Shown here: positions 19,813 through 30,160 of the stretch, one piece after another
How positions within the stretch are numbered: the first letter of the stretch is position 1
Layout of the letters: every line of letters begins with the position of its first letter
Source of the DNA: Mycobacteriales bacterium
Lineage (GTDB): Bacteria > Actinomycetota > Actinomycetes > JAFAQI01
DNA: 64,000 bases
Direction of reading: 5' to 3'
Assembly (NCBI GenBank): GCA_035501255.1
Contig: DATJWM010000008.1
Coordinates: 1,488 to 65,487, forward strand
The notes under the pieces: generated by a model
What the model was told of the DNA's origin: nothing
The model's input: only the letters and a program-made list of their open reading frames with translations
The model's database searches: none
Position numbers and translations under genes: made by a program

Positions 19813-22800
19813 ATGACGCAGCCAGCGCAGGACGATCCCGAGCTGATCGACGATCCGAACGCGGGTGGTTCGTCCGACGACCGCCTCGCGCGCCAGGTCG
19901 TCACCGCCGTCGTCGTCTGCCACGACGGTGCTCGGTGGCTGCCGGAGGTCCTGACCGGGCTCGCCACCCAGACCCGCCGGCCGCAACGATTCGTCGCCGT
20001 CGACGTCGCCAGCTCCGACGCCTCGGTGCAGATCGTCCAGGACTCTCTCGGGGTCTCAAGCGTGGTCGCCGTCGACGCCGGGACTTCGTTGCGCGACGCG
20101 GTCCAGGCGGGCCTTGACGCTTTCGGCGAACCACCGGCCCAAGCGGAGGACGCCGTCGAGTGGGTCTGGCTGCTGCACGACGACTGCGCTCCCGACCCCA
20201 CCGCACTGCAGGAGTTGCTGATCCGGGTCACCCTCTCGCCGTCGGTCTGGGTCGCAGGGCCGAAGGTTCGCAGCTGGGAGGGCGACCACCTCCTCGGCGC
20301 AGGTCTCACGATCGATGCGACCGGGCACATCGACTCCGGGCTCGACGGGGACGAGCTCGACCAGGGTCAGCGCGACGACGTCGACGACGTCCTGGCGGTC
20401 AGCACCGCGGGGGCACTCATCCGCCGGGACGCCTGGGATCTCATCGGCGGCCCGGACCCGGCCTGGTCGAGCTACGGCGCGGAGATCGACTTCGGCTGGC
20501 GGATCAACGCCGCCGGCGGTCGGGTCGCCCTTGCTGCGCGCGCTGTCGTCCGGCACGCCCGGGCGAGCGTTGCCGGCCTCCGAGGCCCGAGCGTTTCCCG
20601 CATGGACCAGAGCACCACCCGCCGCCGGAACGGAATGCAGGTCGTGCTCGCCAACACGGCCGGGTGGCTCGTTCCCCTCTTGCTGCTCCGGTACCTCGTT
20701 GGCGGACTCGGCCGGGCCGTCGGTCTGCTGCTTGTCTCCCGAGCGCCCGGCGCCGCGCTCGCGGAATTGCGCGCCGTCGCCGGGGTGTATGCCGCGGTGC
20801 CTCTCGTCCTCACCGCACGGCGACAACGCGCGCGGACCCGTGAGGTGTCGCACCGCGAGTTGCGGCACCTGTTCCCGCGGGGAGCGCGTCGCTGGCGGTC
20901 CTCGCCGTTACGCGTGGGGCTTCTCACCCACCACCGTCCGGTGCGGGTGCGACTGTCCACCTCGACCGAGACCGGGCCGGTGTCCGAGGACGCCGAGTCG
21001 ATGGCGCTCGGGGAAAGCGCCGTCCTGCGATTCCTCACCAAGCCGGCCACCGTGTTGTTCCTCGGGCTGACGATCCTCGCCGTCCTCGCCGGCCGCCAGG
21101 TCCTTGGCGCGACGTTGTACGGCGGTCGTCTTCTGCCGACCCCAGCCGGCGCGAGTGAGTTGTGGTCGTCCTACGTTGCGGGCTTCCACCCGTCGGGGAT
21201 CGGCTCGATGATTCCGTCACCACCCTGGCTTGCGGTCATCGCGGCGCTGTCCAGCGTCGCGCTCGGCAAGGCCTGGTTCGTCGTCGCCGTTCTCACCCTG
21301 GGCGTCGTACCGCTGTCCGCGCTCAGTGCCTTCACGGCCGCGCGCGCCGTCACGACCTCGGTGCGGATCAGGGTGTGGGTGGCGATCGGATACGGGCTAC
21401 TTCCCGCGATGACGGGTGCGGTTTCCGGTGGCCGGTTGGACGTGGCGGTCGCGGCGATTCTGCTCCCGCAGGTGATGCGGGCGATGGCGGTGGCGCTCGG
21501 CCCCTCGACCGGACGCCCGCGCTGGCGAGCGGCGATCGGGGCCGGCCTGTTGTTGGCCCTGCTGGTGGCGTTCGCGCCCCTGCTGTGGCCGATCGCGCTC
21601 GTCGCAGCCGCGACTGGGATCGCGTTCGCCGCGCTGGCTGCCGAGCCGGCGAGTGCGCTGCTCGCCCGGGTGTACGCGGCCGTCGCGATTCTCGCCCTGC
21701 CGGTGGTGGTGCTGCTTCCGTGGAGCGCGTACGTCTTCGCTCATCCCTCGGTTGCGGTCGATGGCAGCGGTCTTCCCGAGTTTTACGCCTCCGTTCATCC
21801 CCCGTCCGGAGTCGCGCTGACCCTGCTGCACGCGGGCGGGCCCAATCAGCCGCCGGTCTGGATCGGCGTGGCGATCATCGCGGCGGCGGTGCTCGGACTG
21901 ACCCGCCGCAGCCGAGTCGTGGCCGCGTGGCTGGGCGTCGTCCTGCTCGTGGCCGGCGTCGCGATCGCCGTGGCGATGACGCGCGACGCCGGAGTGACAC
22001 CTGGCTATCCGGCGACCCGCCACTGGCCGGGTCTGGCCTTGCTGGTCGCCGGGGCCGGTGCGTTGCTGGCCGCACTGGTCGGAGCGGTCGGTGCCCGTCC
22101 CGCCCTGCGGGCGCATAGTTTCGGCTGGCGCCAGCTCGCCGCAGTGGTGATCGTCGTCCTGGCCCTCGCTTCGACCGCGACAGTCGCCGTGGGGTGGCTG
22201 GTTCGGGGGACCAGCGGCCCGCTGACCTCCGGTAACCCTGCGGTCCTGCCGCTGTTCGTGCAGTCCGAGCTCCAGGTCGACACCTCACCGCGGGCCCTCG
22301 TGTTGCGCTCGACCGGCCGGTCCGTCTCCTACGCGCTCGTCCGGCGCCCGAGCGGGCCGATTCTCGGCGACGCCGACGTCGCGCCCCGTCCTGGTTCGGT
22401 GGCGGCGGCTCGCCTGGCCGATGCAGTGCGCGACTTGCTCGCGCAACGCCCGGGCGCCGCGGGTGAGCTCGCCCCGTTTGCCATCACCTACATCGTGGTC
22501 CCCGACGCCAGCGTCGCGCGGGTACAGGCCGCGCTCGGTCGGGCGTCGACGTTGACGGTCATCCCGGCCAGCGGCGCGACCGTCTGGCGCGCCGGCCTCC
22601 CGACCGGCGAGCTCATGCTGCTCTCACCGGAGGCGGCGACTCGGGCGCTCGATCCGGCGACGACCGTCGCTCCCCTCGGGCAAGTGCTCCCGGCGAAACC
22701 CGGCTCGGCGACGGTCCAGATCCCACCCGGTCCGCCCGGTCGAATCGTCGTCCTTGCCGAGACCACCAGCAAACGGTGGCGGGCCAGCGTCAACGGCCAG

Positions 22801-22992
22801 TCGTTGACGCCGAGGACGGCGTACGGGTGGGCGCAGGCGTTTGTCGTTCCGGCGTCCGGGGGAGACCTTCAGCTCGACCGACCCGCCGGTGGGCGCGACG
22901 CATTGTTGTGGCTCCAGTTGGTGGTCCTGGTCGCCGCGCTCGTCGCGATCGTGCCGGTGCAGCGCGTCGATCACTCGGCGGTGACGTCATGA
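19813..22992 (+). CDS. GT2-family glycosyltransferase fused to a large polytopic membrane domain (1059 aa)
   Basis: N-terminal GT2 fold (VVVCHDGARWL...VAVDVASSD...WLLHDDC), followed by more than 10 hydrophobic helices. Confidence 0.75.
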   Translation: MTQPAQDDPELIDDPNAGGSSDDRLARQVVTAVVVCHDGARWLPEVLTGLATQTRRPQRFVAVDVASSDASVQIVQDSLGVSSVVAVDAGTSLRDAVQAGLDAFGEPPAQAEDAVEWVWLLHDDCAPDPTALQELLIRVTLSPSVWVAGPKVRSWEGDHLLGAGLTIDATGHIDSGLDGDELDQGQRDDVDDVLAVSTAGALIRRDAWDLIGGPDPAWSSYGAEIDFGWRINAAGGRVALAARAVVRHARASVAGLRGPSVSRMDQSTTRRRNGMQVVLANTAGWLVPLLLLRYLVGGLGRAVGLLLVSRAPGAALAELRAVAGVYAAVPLVLTARRQRARTREVSHRELRHLFPRGARRWRSSPLRVGLLTHHRPVRVRLSTSTETGPVSEDAESMALGESAVLRFLTKPATVLFLGLTILAVLAGRQVLGATLYGGRLLPTPAGASELWSSYVAGFHPSGIGSMIPSPPWLAVIAALSSVALGKAWFVVAVLTLGVVPLSALSAFTAARAVTTSVRIRVWVAIGYGLLPAMTGAVSGGRLDVAVAAILLPQVMRAMAVALGPSTGRPRWRAAIGAGLLLALLVAFAPLLWPIALVAAATGIAFAALAAEPASALLARVYAAVAILALPVVVLLPWSAYVFAHPSVAVDGSGLPEFYASVHPPSGVALTLLHAGGPNQPPVWIGVAIIAAAVLGLTRRSRVVAAWLGVVLLVAGVAIAVAMTRDAGVTPGYPATRHWPGLALLVAGAGALLAALVGAVGARPALRAHSFGWRQLAAVVIVVLALASTATVAVGWLVRGTSGPLTSGNPAVLPLFVQSELQVDTSPRALVLRSTGRSVSYALVRRPSGPILGDADVAPRPGSVAAARLADAVRDLLAQRPGAAGELAPFAITYIVVPDASVARVQAALGRASTLTVIPASGATVWRAGLPTGELMLLSPEAATRALDPATTVAPLGQVLPAKPGSATVQIPPGPPGRIVVLAETTSKRWRASVNGQSLTPRTAYGWAQAFVVPASGGDLQLDRPAGGRDALLWLQLVVLVAALVAIVPVQRVDHSAVTS

Positions 22993-24443
22993 GGCGGCTC
23001 CCGCTCGCGCTCACCATCGCGGCGCTCGTCATCCTCGCGGTCGTGGGATCCCTGACCGGTTCGTCTGCGGCGCCGCAGGTGAGCGCACCCGTCACGATTC
23101 CGGTCACCGCACTGACCCTCGTCTGCCCGCCGATCAGCGGTTCGTCGGGGGAGAACGCGATGATCGTGGCAACCAACGCGGCCGGGGCGCTGACGCCGCC
23201 CACCCAGGCGGTTGGTGAGGTGAGGGCAACCGTCCTCGCCGGGCGCAAGAGCACGACCACCCGGTTGCACCTGACGCCCAACGCCACGATCAAGGCTCGG
23301 CGGGGGGTCAACCAGACCGTGGAGATCGTCGCGCGAGGCTCGATCGCCGCGGCGCTCGCCGCGGACCAGTTGGCCGAGACCGGCACTGGTCGCTACCGCG
23401 GATTGCGCGGCGGGCGCTGCGAAACCCCTGGCACCGACTGGTGGTTTGCCGGTGCGGAGGGACGGGTCGGGTTCAGCGACACGTTGACCGTCGCGAACCC
23501 GGCGCCGACCGCGGCCCTGGTGGCCGTGTCGATCTGGAGCGACAAGGGTCAGGTCGCCAACAGCCGGCTCGACTCGGTTCGGGTGCCGGCGCGGTCGGTC
23601 GTGCGCCTGCCGATGGCGACGGTCGCGCCGGACCGGGCGTCGCTGGTCCTGCACGTCCACGCGAACAGTGGCGCCGTGACGGCGACCGTGATCGATCGGC
23701 GTACCGCGGCGCTTCGGTCCAACGGCGGGGACAACCTTCCGCCGACGCAGGGACCGACCCGGCACGCGGTCCTCAGCGGGTTCGCTGCCGGGATGGGTCC
23801 GCGGTGGGTCATCGTCGGCAACCCGACGCCGGTCGACGCGACCGTCACGATGCGATTGGCGGCCAGATCCGGAACCTTCACGCCGACGGTCGCGAACCAA
23901 TTGGTCATTCCTGCCGGTCGAACCCGTGCGATCCGGCTGACGTCGGCGTTCGGGTCCTCACCCGGTGCGGTGGAGGTCAACAGCGATCAGCCGGTGGTGA
24001 GCGAAGGGCTGTCCGTCACGCCACAACGGCCGCGCCGTCCGGACCTGATGTGGGTGGCGGCAACACCGGCGCTTGATGGGTCTGCGGTCGTCGCGGCCGG
24101 GCGGGATCCCGACGCTGGGCCAACCACGTTGGTCCTGACCGCCCCGCAGGGCGCGACGAGTGTGCGGGTCACCGGCTTGAGCGGGCGCTCCCGCTCGATC
24201 GCCGTCCCCGCGGGGCGAACGGTGTCGGTCGACATCACGGACACGATCAAGACCCACTCACCCGATCAGTGGAGTTTCGTCGTGGCACCGAAGGGGCCAG
24301 GTCCGGTCTACGGTGCGCGGATGCTGTCGTTCGCGGGCGCCCACGGCGCGCTCGTCACCGGACAGCCGTTGGTGGCGCTGCCGGGCCCGACAACCCTGAC
24401 CCAGGTGCGCGAGGATCCACGAGTGGCCGTGAACGGTGGGTAA
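22989..24443 (+). CDS. Secreted/membrane-anchored hypothetical protein, partner of the GT2 membrane protein
   Basis: ATG 22989 overlaps the upstream stop (ATGA). Signal/anchor MRRLPLALTIAALVILAVVGSLTGSSAAP. Remainder has no recognisable domain. Confidence 0.65.
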   Translation: MRRLPLALTIAALVILAVVGSLTGSSAAPQVSAPVTIPVTALTLVCPPISGSSGENAMIVATNAAGALTPPTQAVGEVRATVLAGRKSTTTRLHLTPNATIKARRGVNQTVEIVARGSIAAALAADQLAETGTGRYRGLRGGRCETPGTDWWFAGAEGRVGFSDTLTVANPAPTAALVAVSIWSDKGQVANSRLDSVRVPARSVVRLPMATVAPDRASLVLHVHANSGAVTATVIDRRTAALRSNGGDNLPPTQGPTRHAVLSGFAAGMGPRWVIVGNPTPVDATVTMRLAARSGTFTPTVANQLVIPAGRTRAIRLTSAFGSSPGAVEVNSDQPVVSEGLSVTPQRPRRPDLMWVAATPALDGSAVVAAGRDPDAGPTTLVLTAPQGATSVRVTGLSGRSRSIAVPAGRTVSVDITDTIKTHSPDQWSFVVAPKGPGPVYGARMLSFAGAHGALVTGQPLVALPGPTTLTQVREDPRVAVNGG

Positions 24444-24461
24444 ACCGTTCGCGGCGGCGGC

Positions 24462-24902
24462 TCACGACGAGGATTCGCCGGGACCGAAGCCAGGATCGAC
24501 GACGTCAGGATCCAACCCGAGGTAGTTGGCGATCACCTGTACGACCACGTCATGGATCAGGTCCTCGAGGTCCTCGATCGAACGCGCGCGGAGCTCGATC
24601 GGCTTGCGGTACAAGACGATGTGCGTCGGTCGCCGCCCATGCCCGGGGATGATCTGGGCAAGCACGACGCCGCCTGATTCGATCGCGCCCTCGAGCAAAG
24701 GGTGAGTCGGGTCGAGGTCGGTGCTGGGCACGAGGTCGACGGCGAACTCGACTCCGGCCAGTTGCTCGCGCCAGCGATGCTCGACGTGCTCGACCGCGCT
24801 GCTCGCGATCCGGTCGAAGCGGTCCGCCGGCGCGGTCGCGATCGGGACGCCGCGACCGACGAGCGGCCCGCGGATGCCACGCCCGTGGCGGTCGCGCCTC
24901 AC
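24462..24902 (-). CDS. Conserved actinobacterial hypothetical protein (Rv3259-like position)
   Basis: 146-aa ORF. Function unknown. Start uncertain. Confidence 0.5.
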   Translation of the reverse strand: MRRDRHGRGIRGPLVGRGVPIATAPADRFDRIASSAVEHVEHRWREQLAGVEFAVDLVPSTDLDPTHPLLEGAIESGGVVLAQIIPGHGRRPTHIVLYRKPIELRARSIEDLEDLIHDVVVQVIANYLGLDPDVVDPGFGPGESSS

Positions 24903-24994
24903 GGGGCAAGCCTAATGGCGCTGTGGAGGCCCGCTGGGCCCGCGCAACTCTGCGGCGACACGAGGCGCGTTGAACCGCGCGGTGATGGCCGTGG

Positions 24995-25399
24995 GTGCTC
25001 GTGGGCGGTACCGTCGCGCGAGTGAGCCCACTGCGCCGCTGCTCGCGGATTACCTGCGCCCGCGCTGCTGTGGCCACGCTCACCTACGTGTACTCCGACT
25101 CGACAGCAGTGGTCGGCCCGCTGGCGACGTACGCCGAACCGCACTCCTATGACCTGTGCGAGGTCCATGCGCACGGGCTGACCGCTCCGCGCGGTTGGGA
25201 AGTGGTTCGGCTCGACATCGATGCGGCGAGCGCCACCCCGGGGGCCGACGATCTCGAGGCGCTCGCGGACGCGGTCCGCGAGGCGGCCCGGCCGGTGGGC
25301 CCGTTCATCGAGGGACCGCCGCCGTTGCCCGAGTTCGATCTCGAGGAGATTGCCCGTCGCGGTCACCTCCGCGTCCTGCGGACGCCGACCACCTCCTGA
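24995..25399 (+). CDS. DUF3499-family protein
   Basis: RRCSRITCARAAVATLTYVY...DLCEVHAHGLTAPRGWEVVRL is the characteristic DUF3499 core. The start could instead be GTG 25022. Confidence 0.75.
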   Translation: MLVGGTVARVSPLRRCSRITCARAAVATLTYVYSDSTAVVGPLATYAEPHSYDLCEVHAHGLTAPRGWEVVRLDIDAASATPGADDLEALADAVREAARPVGPFIEGPPPLPEFDLEEIARRGHLRVLRTPTTS

Positions 25400-25530
25400 A
25401 CCAGCCGCGGGCGCGGCCGGTCGGAGGTATTAACCGATTTGCGGCGGAAACGCCCGGTTCTCAAGGGAACTCGAGGCACCGCCGATGGTTGGTGCCTAAC
25501 CATGACGTCCACTCCTGGAGACCCCACGCC

Positions 25531-25794
25531 ATGAAGACCACTGCCCGCCACCAGATCCCCGAGCAGCGCACCGCCTCGCCCTCGTCGCTGACCCGCCCCG
25601 GAGCGCGCAGTGGCGCCGAGTGCCCGAGCTGCGGGAGTGAGCGTCTGACGTTGCTGGTGATGACGCTCACCGACGGCTCGCCCGTGAGCTTCTCCTCGTG
25701 TCACAACTGCGAGCACCGGGTCTGGACCGGCGAGGCCGGTCGACTGGAGTTCTCCGACGTTCTGAGCCGCGCCACCAAGCGCAAGGCCTCCTGA
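25531..25794 (+). CDS. Small zinc-ribbon hypothetical protein (87 aa)
   Basis: CPSCGSE...CHNCEHRVW (paired CxxC). ATG lies 11 nt after GGAG. Immediately followed by palindromic element copy 3. Confidence 0.4.
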   Translation: MKTTARHQIPEQRTASPSSLTRPGARSGAECPSCGSERLTLLVMTLTDGSPVSFSSCHNCEHRVWTGEAGRLEFSDVLSRATKRKAS

Positions 25795-25800
25795 TCGCTT

Positions 25801-25863
25801 CGCCCACCTGTCACTTAACGGGCGTCTGCCGTCGCAGAATGACCGGTAACTGACAGTTGGACG
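25801..25863. repeat. Palindromic ~60-bp element, copy 3 (arms CCACCTGTCAC / CTGACAGTTGG)
   Basis: cgcCCACCTGTCACttaacgggcgtctgccgtcgcagaatgaccggtaaCTGACAGTTGGacg. It directly abuts the phosphomannomutase start. Confidence 0.7.
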
Positions 25864-25901
25864 AAACCTGGCCTTCTCCGGGCTGGGCTAGCGTCGGCCA
25901 C

Positions 25902-27254
25902 GTGAGCACGCTCGACGCGATCTTCAAGGCCTATGACATCCGGGGGATCGTCCCTGACGAGCTCGACGAGTCGATCGCCCGAGCGGTCGGGGGTGCTTTT
26001 GTCGCGCACCTCGGCGCGAGCCGGGTCGTCACCGGCTACGACATGCGCGACTCCTCGCCCGGTCTCGCTGCCGCCTTTGCCGCCGGCGCGAGCGAGCAGG
26101 GCGCCGATGTGGTCGAAATCGGCCTCGCCTCGACCGACCTGCTCTACTTCGCCTCGGGCTCGCTCGATGTGCCCGGGGCGATGTTCACCGCCTCGCACAA
26201 TCCGGCCCGATACAACGGGATCAAGTTGTGTCGGGCGGGCGCTGCTCCGGTCGGCGAGGACAGCGGTCTCGCGGACATCCGGTCGCTCGTGGAGGCCGGC
26301 GTTCCTGCCTCCGCCGCTTCGCGCGGAACGGTGTCCCAGCGCTCGATGCTCGCGGGATATGCGGCGTACCTCAAGGGGCTCGTGCCGGGCCTCGAGCAGA
26401 TCCGGCCGCTGGCGGTGGTCGTCGACGCGGGTAACGGCATGGGCGGCCTGACCGTGCCGGAGGTCTTCGCCGGTCTGCCCCTGGAGGTCACCGCGCTCTA
26501 CTTCGAGCTCGACGGGAGCTTCCCGCACCACGAGGCGAACCCGCTCGACCCAGCGAACATGCGCGACCTGCAGGCGGCTGTGCGCAGCACTGGCGCCGAC
26601 CTCGGACTGGCCTTCGACGGCGATGCCGACCGGTGCTTCGTGGTCGACGAACGGGCCGCGATCGTCCCCCCGTCGGCGCTCACGGCACTGATCGCCGACC
26701 GCGAACTGAGCCGCGAGCCGGGGGCGAGCATCATCCACAACCTCATCACCTCCCACGCCGTGCCTGAGATCGTCCGGGAGCGGGGCGGCGTCCCGATCCG
26801 GACCCGCGTCGGGCATTCCTTCATCAAGGCAACGATGGCCGAGACCGGGGCGGTCTTCGGCGGCGAGCATTCCGGCCACTTCTACTTCCGCGACTTCTGG
26901 CGGGCGGACTCGGGGATGCTTGCGGCACTCCATGTGCTTGCGGCCTTGGGAACGCAGCCCGGCCCGCTCTCCGAGCTGCTCGCGACCTACGTTCGGTACG
27001 CCACCTCCGGTGAGATCAACAGCGCGGTCGCCGACCCCGGGGCCGCGACGGCCGCCGTGCGGCACGCGTTCGAGGGCCGGCCCGGCGTCGTGATCGATGA
27101 TCTCGACGGGATGACCGTTGACCTCGCCGACGGGTCGTGGTTCAACCTGCGTCCTTCCAATACCGAGCCGCTCCTGCGGCTCAACGCCGAGGCGCCCAGC
27201 GCGGCGAAAGTCGACGCCCTGACCGACGAGGTCCTCGCGCTCGTCCGCGGCTGA
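25902..27254 (+). CDS. manB: Phosphomannomutase/phosphoglucomutase
   Basis: LDAIFKAYDIRG N-terminus and active-site TASHNP. GTG 25902 chosen. The listed TTG 25857 lies inside the palindromic element. Confidence 0.85.
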   Translation: MSTLDAIFKAYDIRGIVPDELDESIARAVGGAFVAHLGASRVVTGYDMRDSSPGLAAAFAAGASEQGADVVEIGLASTDLLYFASGSLDVPGAMFTASHNPARYNGIKLCRAGAAPVGEDSGLADIRSLVEAGVPASAASRGTVSQRSMLAGYAAYLKGLVPGLEQIRPLAVVVDAGNGMGGLTVPEVFAGLPLEVTALYFELDGSFPHHEANPLDPANMRDLQAAVRSTGADLGLAFDGDADRCFVVDERAAIVPPSALTALIADRELSREPGASIIHNLITSHAVPEIVRERGGVPIRTRVGHSFIKATMAETGAVFGGEHSGHFYFRDFWRADSGMLAALHVLAALGTQPGPLSELLATYVRYATSGEINSAVADPGAATAAVRHAFEGRPGVVIDDLDGMTVDLADGSWFNLRPSNTEPLLRLNAEAPSAAKVDALTDEVLALVRG

Positions 27255-27285
27255 CCCCTTCGGGGGTGGCGACTAGGGTGAGGTC

Positions 27286-27465
27286 GTGAACCTGGACCAA
27301 ACGTTGCTGGAGATCCTCGCCTGCCCGAACTGCCGGGCGCAGCTTCGTGTCGATGACGCTGCCGGTGAGCTCGTCTGCACCGGCTGCGGCTTCGCCTATC
27401 CCGTCCACGACGACATCCCGGTGCTCCTCATCGACGAGGCTCGCCGACCCGACACCGGCTCCTAG
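27286..27465 (+). CDS. Trm112-like small zinc-ribbon protein (59 aa)
   Basis: Hand-translated from GTG 27286: VNLDQTLLEILACPNCRAQL...CTGCGFAYPVHDDIPVLLIDEAR. SD is GGGTGAGG. This ORF is not in the supplied track. Confidence 0.7.
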   Translation: MNLDQTLLEILACPNCRAQLRVDDAAGELVCTGCGFAYPVHDDIPVLLIDEARRPDTGS

Positions 27466-27479
27466 CCGCCGCCTCCTCG

Positions 27480-28631
27480 ATGGCCGCGATCGACCTCGAC
27501 CGGCTCGACGACGCCGACGCCATCGCCGCGCTGGACGCGAGCGACATGCTGCGCGCGGTGGCGAGTTCGGCGGCCCAGGTGCGCGCCGCCCACACCGCCA
27601 CCGAGGAGGCCGCACTCAGCGCGCTTGCCTTTGACGCCCGGCCGCGCGCGGTCGTCGTCACCGGCATGGGCGGCTCGGCCATCGCCGGCGAGGCGCTCGC
27701 TGCGGTCGCGGGCGTTCGCTGCCCCGTCCCGGTCGTCGTCCATCGGGGATACGGCCTGCCCGGTTGGGTGGGCGCGGCCGACGTCGTCATGGCGGTGTCG
27801 TGCTCGGGGACGACCGCGGAGACCCTCACCGCGGCCGCCGAGGCCGCCCGCCGGGGAGCGCGGCTCCTCGGCGTCGGTGCGGCCGACTCGCAGCTCGAGT
27901 CGCAGTGCCTGGCCGGCGGCGGACGTTTCGTGCCGGTGACGACGTGGCTCTCGCCACGCTCGTCGTTCTGGACTCTCGCGGTGCCGCTGCTGCTCGCCGG
28001 ACATCGCTTCGGCCTGCTCGACCTCGGCCCCGATGTCGGCGCGCTGGAGGCCACCGCTGCCTCCCTCGAGTCGATCGCGACGATGTGCGGACCTGATCGC
28101 GAGTCCTACACCAATCCCGCCAAGGCACTGGCCGCCGAACTCGCCGGCAGCCTCCCGCTGATCTGGGGCACCGGTCAGCTCGGCCCGCTCGCTGCCGCGC
28201 GGCTGGGCGCCCAGATCGCCGAGAACGCCAAGCTCCCTTCCGTCGTGGGTGCGCTGCCCGAGGCGCATCACAACCAGGTGGTCGCCTTCGACGGCGCGAT
28301 GGCGGGCGGCCGATCCGAGGACGACCTGTTCCGGGATCGCGTCGAGGACGAGGAGCCCTATCGGCTTCGGCTCGTCCTGGTGCGCGACGACGACGCGGAC
28401 GAGGGCGCGAAGAAGCGGGCGCACATCTCGGCGGACCTCGCGAGCGAGCGCGGCATCCGGGTGTCGGTGCTCGGCGCGCAGGGGGAGACCACGCTGGAAC
28501 GCCTCGCCTCGCTGATCGCCACCCTTGACTACGCCAGCGTTTATCTTGCGCTGGCGTACGGCGTTGACCCCACGCCGATCGCTGCGATCGACGAGCTCAA
28601 GCGAGCCCTCGCGGCACCGACGTACCCTTAG
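27480..28631 (+). CDS. SIS-domain bifunctional phosphoglucose/phosphomannose isomerase family protein
   Basis: Two SIS-like halves ([13 protein letters not shown]..., [13 protein letters not shown]). 383 aa. Confidence 0.7.
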   Translation: MAAIDLDRLDDADAIAALDASDMLRAVASSAAQVRAAHTATEEAALSALAFDARPRAVVVTGMGGSAIAGEALAAVAGVRCPVPVVVHRGYGLPGWVGAADVVMAVSCSGTTAETLTAAAEAARRGARLLGVGAADSQLESQCLAGGGRFVPVTTWLSPRSSFWTLAVPLLLAGHRFGLLDLGPDVGALEATAASLESIATMCGPDRESYTNPAKALAAELAGSLPLIWGTGQLGPLAAARLGAQIAENAKLPSVVGALPEAHHNQVVAFDGAMAGGRSEDDLFRDRVEDEEPYRLRLVLVRDDDADEGAKKRAHISADLASERGIRVSVLGAQGETTLERLASLIATLDYASVYLALAYGVDPTPIAAIDELKRALAAPTYP

Positions 28632-28665
28632 CGCAACCGCTCCGGTGCCACGTCAAGGAGAGTTC

Positions 28666-30096
28666 ATGGAGTTTCGCGTCGCTGATCTCAGCCTCGCCGA
28701 GTTCGGCCGCAAGGAAATCACGCTGGCCGAGCACGAGATGCCCGGGTTGATGGCCACCCGCGCGGAGTACGGCGAAGCCAGGCCGCTGGCGGGGGCGCGC
28801 ATCACTGGTTCGCTGCACATGACGGTCCAGACCGCAGTCCTCATCGAGACCCTGGTCGCTGTCGGCGCCGAGGTTCGTTGGGCCTCCTGCAACATCTTCT
28901 CGACCCAGGATCACGCGGCTGCCGCGGTCGTCGTCGGTCCCACCGGGACGGTCGACGCGCCGGCCGGCGTGCCGGTGTTCGCCTGGAAGGGCGAGACCCT
29001 GGAGGAGTACTGGGAGTGCACCGACGCCGCGCTTCGCTGGCCGGGCGGCGCCGGGCCGAACATGCTGCTCGATGACGGCGGAGATGCGACCCTGTTGGTT
29101 CACAAGGGTGTCGAGTTCGAAAAGGCGGGCGTCGTCCCCGACCCGTCGACGGCGGACAACGAGGAGTACGCCGTCGTGCTGGGGTTGTTGTCGCGGTCAT
29201 TCAGCGACGACGCCACCAGATGGACCAACATCGCCAACGGCATCAAGGGCGTGACCGAGGAGACGACGACCGGGGTCCACCGGCTCTATCAGATGCACGA
29301 CCGAGGCGAGTTGCTGTTCCCGGCGATCAACGTCAACGACTCGGTGACGAAGTCGAAGTTCGACAACAAGTACGGCTGCCGGCATTCGCTGATTGACGGG
29401 ATCAACCGCGGCACCGACGTCTTGATCGGCGGCAAGGTGGCGGTCGTCTGCGGATACGGCGACGTCGGCAAGGGCTGCGCGGAATCATTGCGCGGGCAGG
29501 GCGCGCGGGTGGTGATCACCGAGATCGATCCGATCTGTGCGTTGCAAGCCGCCATGGACGGTTACCAGGTGGCAACGCTCGACGACCTCGTCGAGACGGC
29601 CGACATCTTCGTCACCGCGACCGGCAACTTCAACATCATCACGGCCGCGAACATGCAGCGAATGAAGCAAGGCGCGATCGTCGGCAACATCGGTCACTTC
29701 GACAATGAGATCGACATGGCCGGGCTCGCGGCGTTGCCGGGCGCGCGTAAGTCGACCGTCAAGCCGCAGGTCGACGAGTGGTTCTTTGCCGACGGGCACT
29801 CGATCCTGGTGCTCTCCGAAGGTCGCTTGCTCAACCTCGGCAACGCGACCGGACACCCGTCGTTCGTGATGAGCAACTCCTTCACCAACCAGACGATCGC
29901 GCAGATCGAACTGTTCACGAAGACCGACAGCTATCCGATCGGCGTGCACGTGCTCCCGAAACATCTCGACGAGAAGGTCGCCAGGCTGCACCTCGATGCG
30001 CTCGGCGTGCGGCTCACCACGCTGAGTGCGGAGCAGGCGGACTACATCGGCGTACCCGTCGACGGGCCGTACAAGCCGGATACCTACCGGTACTGA
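28666..30096 (+). CDS. ahcY: Adenosylhomocysteinase
   Basis: ATG 28666 after AAGGAGAG. Motifs [16 protein letters not shown] and NAD-binding [10 protein letters not shown]. 476 aa. Confidence 0.9.
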   Translation: MEFRVADLSLAEFGRKEITLAEHEMPGLMATRAEYGEARPLAGARITGSLHMTVQTAVLIETLVAVGAEVRWASCNIFSTQDHAAAAVVVGPTGTVDAPAGVPVFAWKGETLEEYWECTDAALRWPGGAGPNMLLDDGGDATLLVHKGVEFEKAGVVPDPSTADNEEYAVVLGLLSRSFSDDATRWTNIANGIKGVTEETTTGVHRLYQMHDRGELLFPAINVNDSVTKSKFDNKYGCRHSLIDGINRGTDVLIGGKVAVVCGYGDVGKGCAESLRGQGARVVITEIDPICALQAAMDGYQVATLDDLVETADIFVTATGNFNIITAANMQRMKQGAIVGNIGHFDNEIDMAGLAALPGARKSTVKPQVDEWFFADGHSILVLSEGRLLNLGNATGHPSFVMSNSFTNQTIAQIELFTKTDSYPIGVHVLPKHLDEKVARLHLDALGVRLTTLSAEQADYIGVPVDGPYKPDTYRY

Positions 30097-30160
30097 GCCC
30101 GCCTGCCGCAAGAACTGCGGAACCGCCAACTCGGGCGAACGCTGGTGCGACCATGGATCC

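Noticed and set aside
25400-25530. Short hairpin GGCACCgccgatggttGGTGCC upstream of the zinc-ribbon ORF.
   Set aside because: It has a 6-bp stem with no conserved partner elsewhere in the window. It is too weak to call a regulatory element.
28632-28665. Possible SAH riboswitch upstream of ahcY.
   Set aside because: Only 34 nt separate the SIS-isomerase stop from the ahcY start. That is no room for a riboswitch aptamer.
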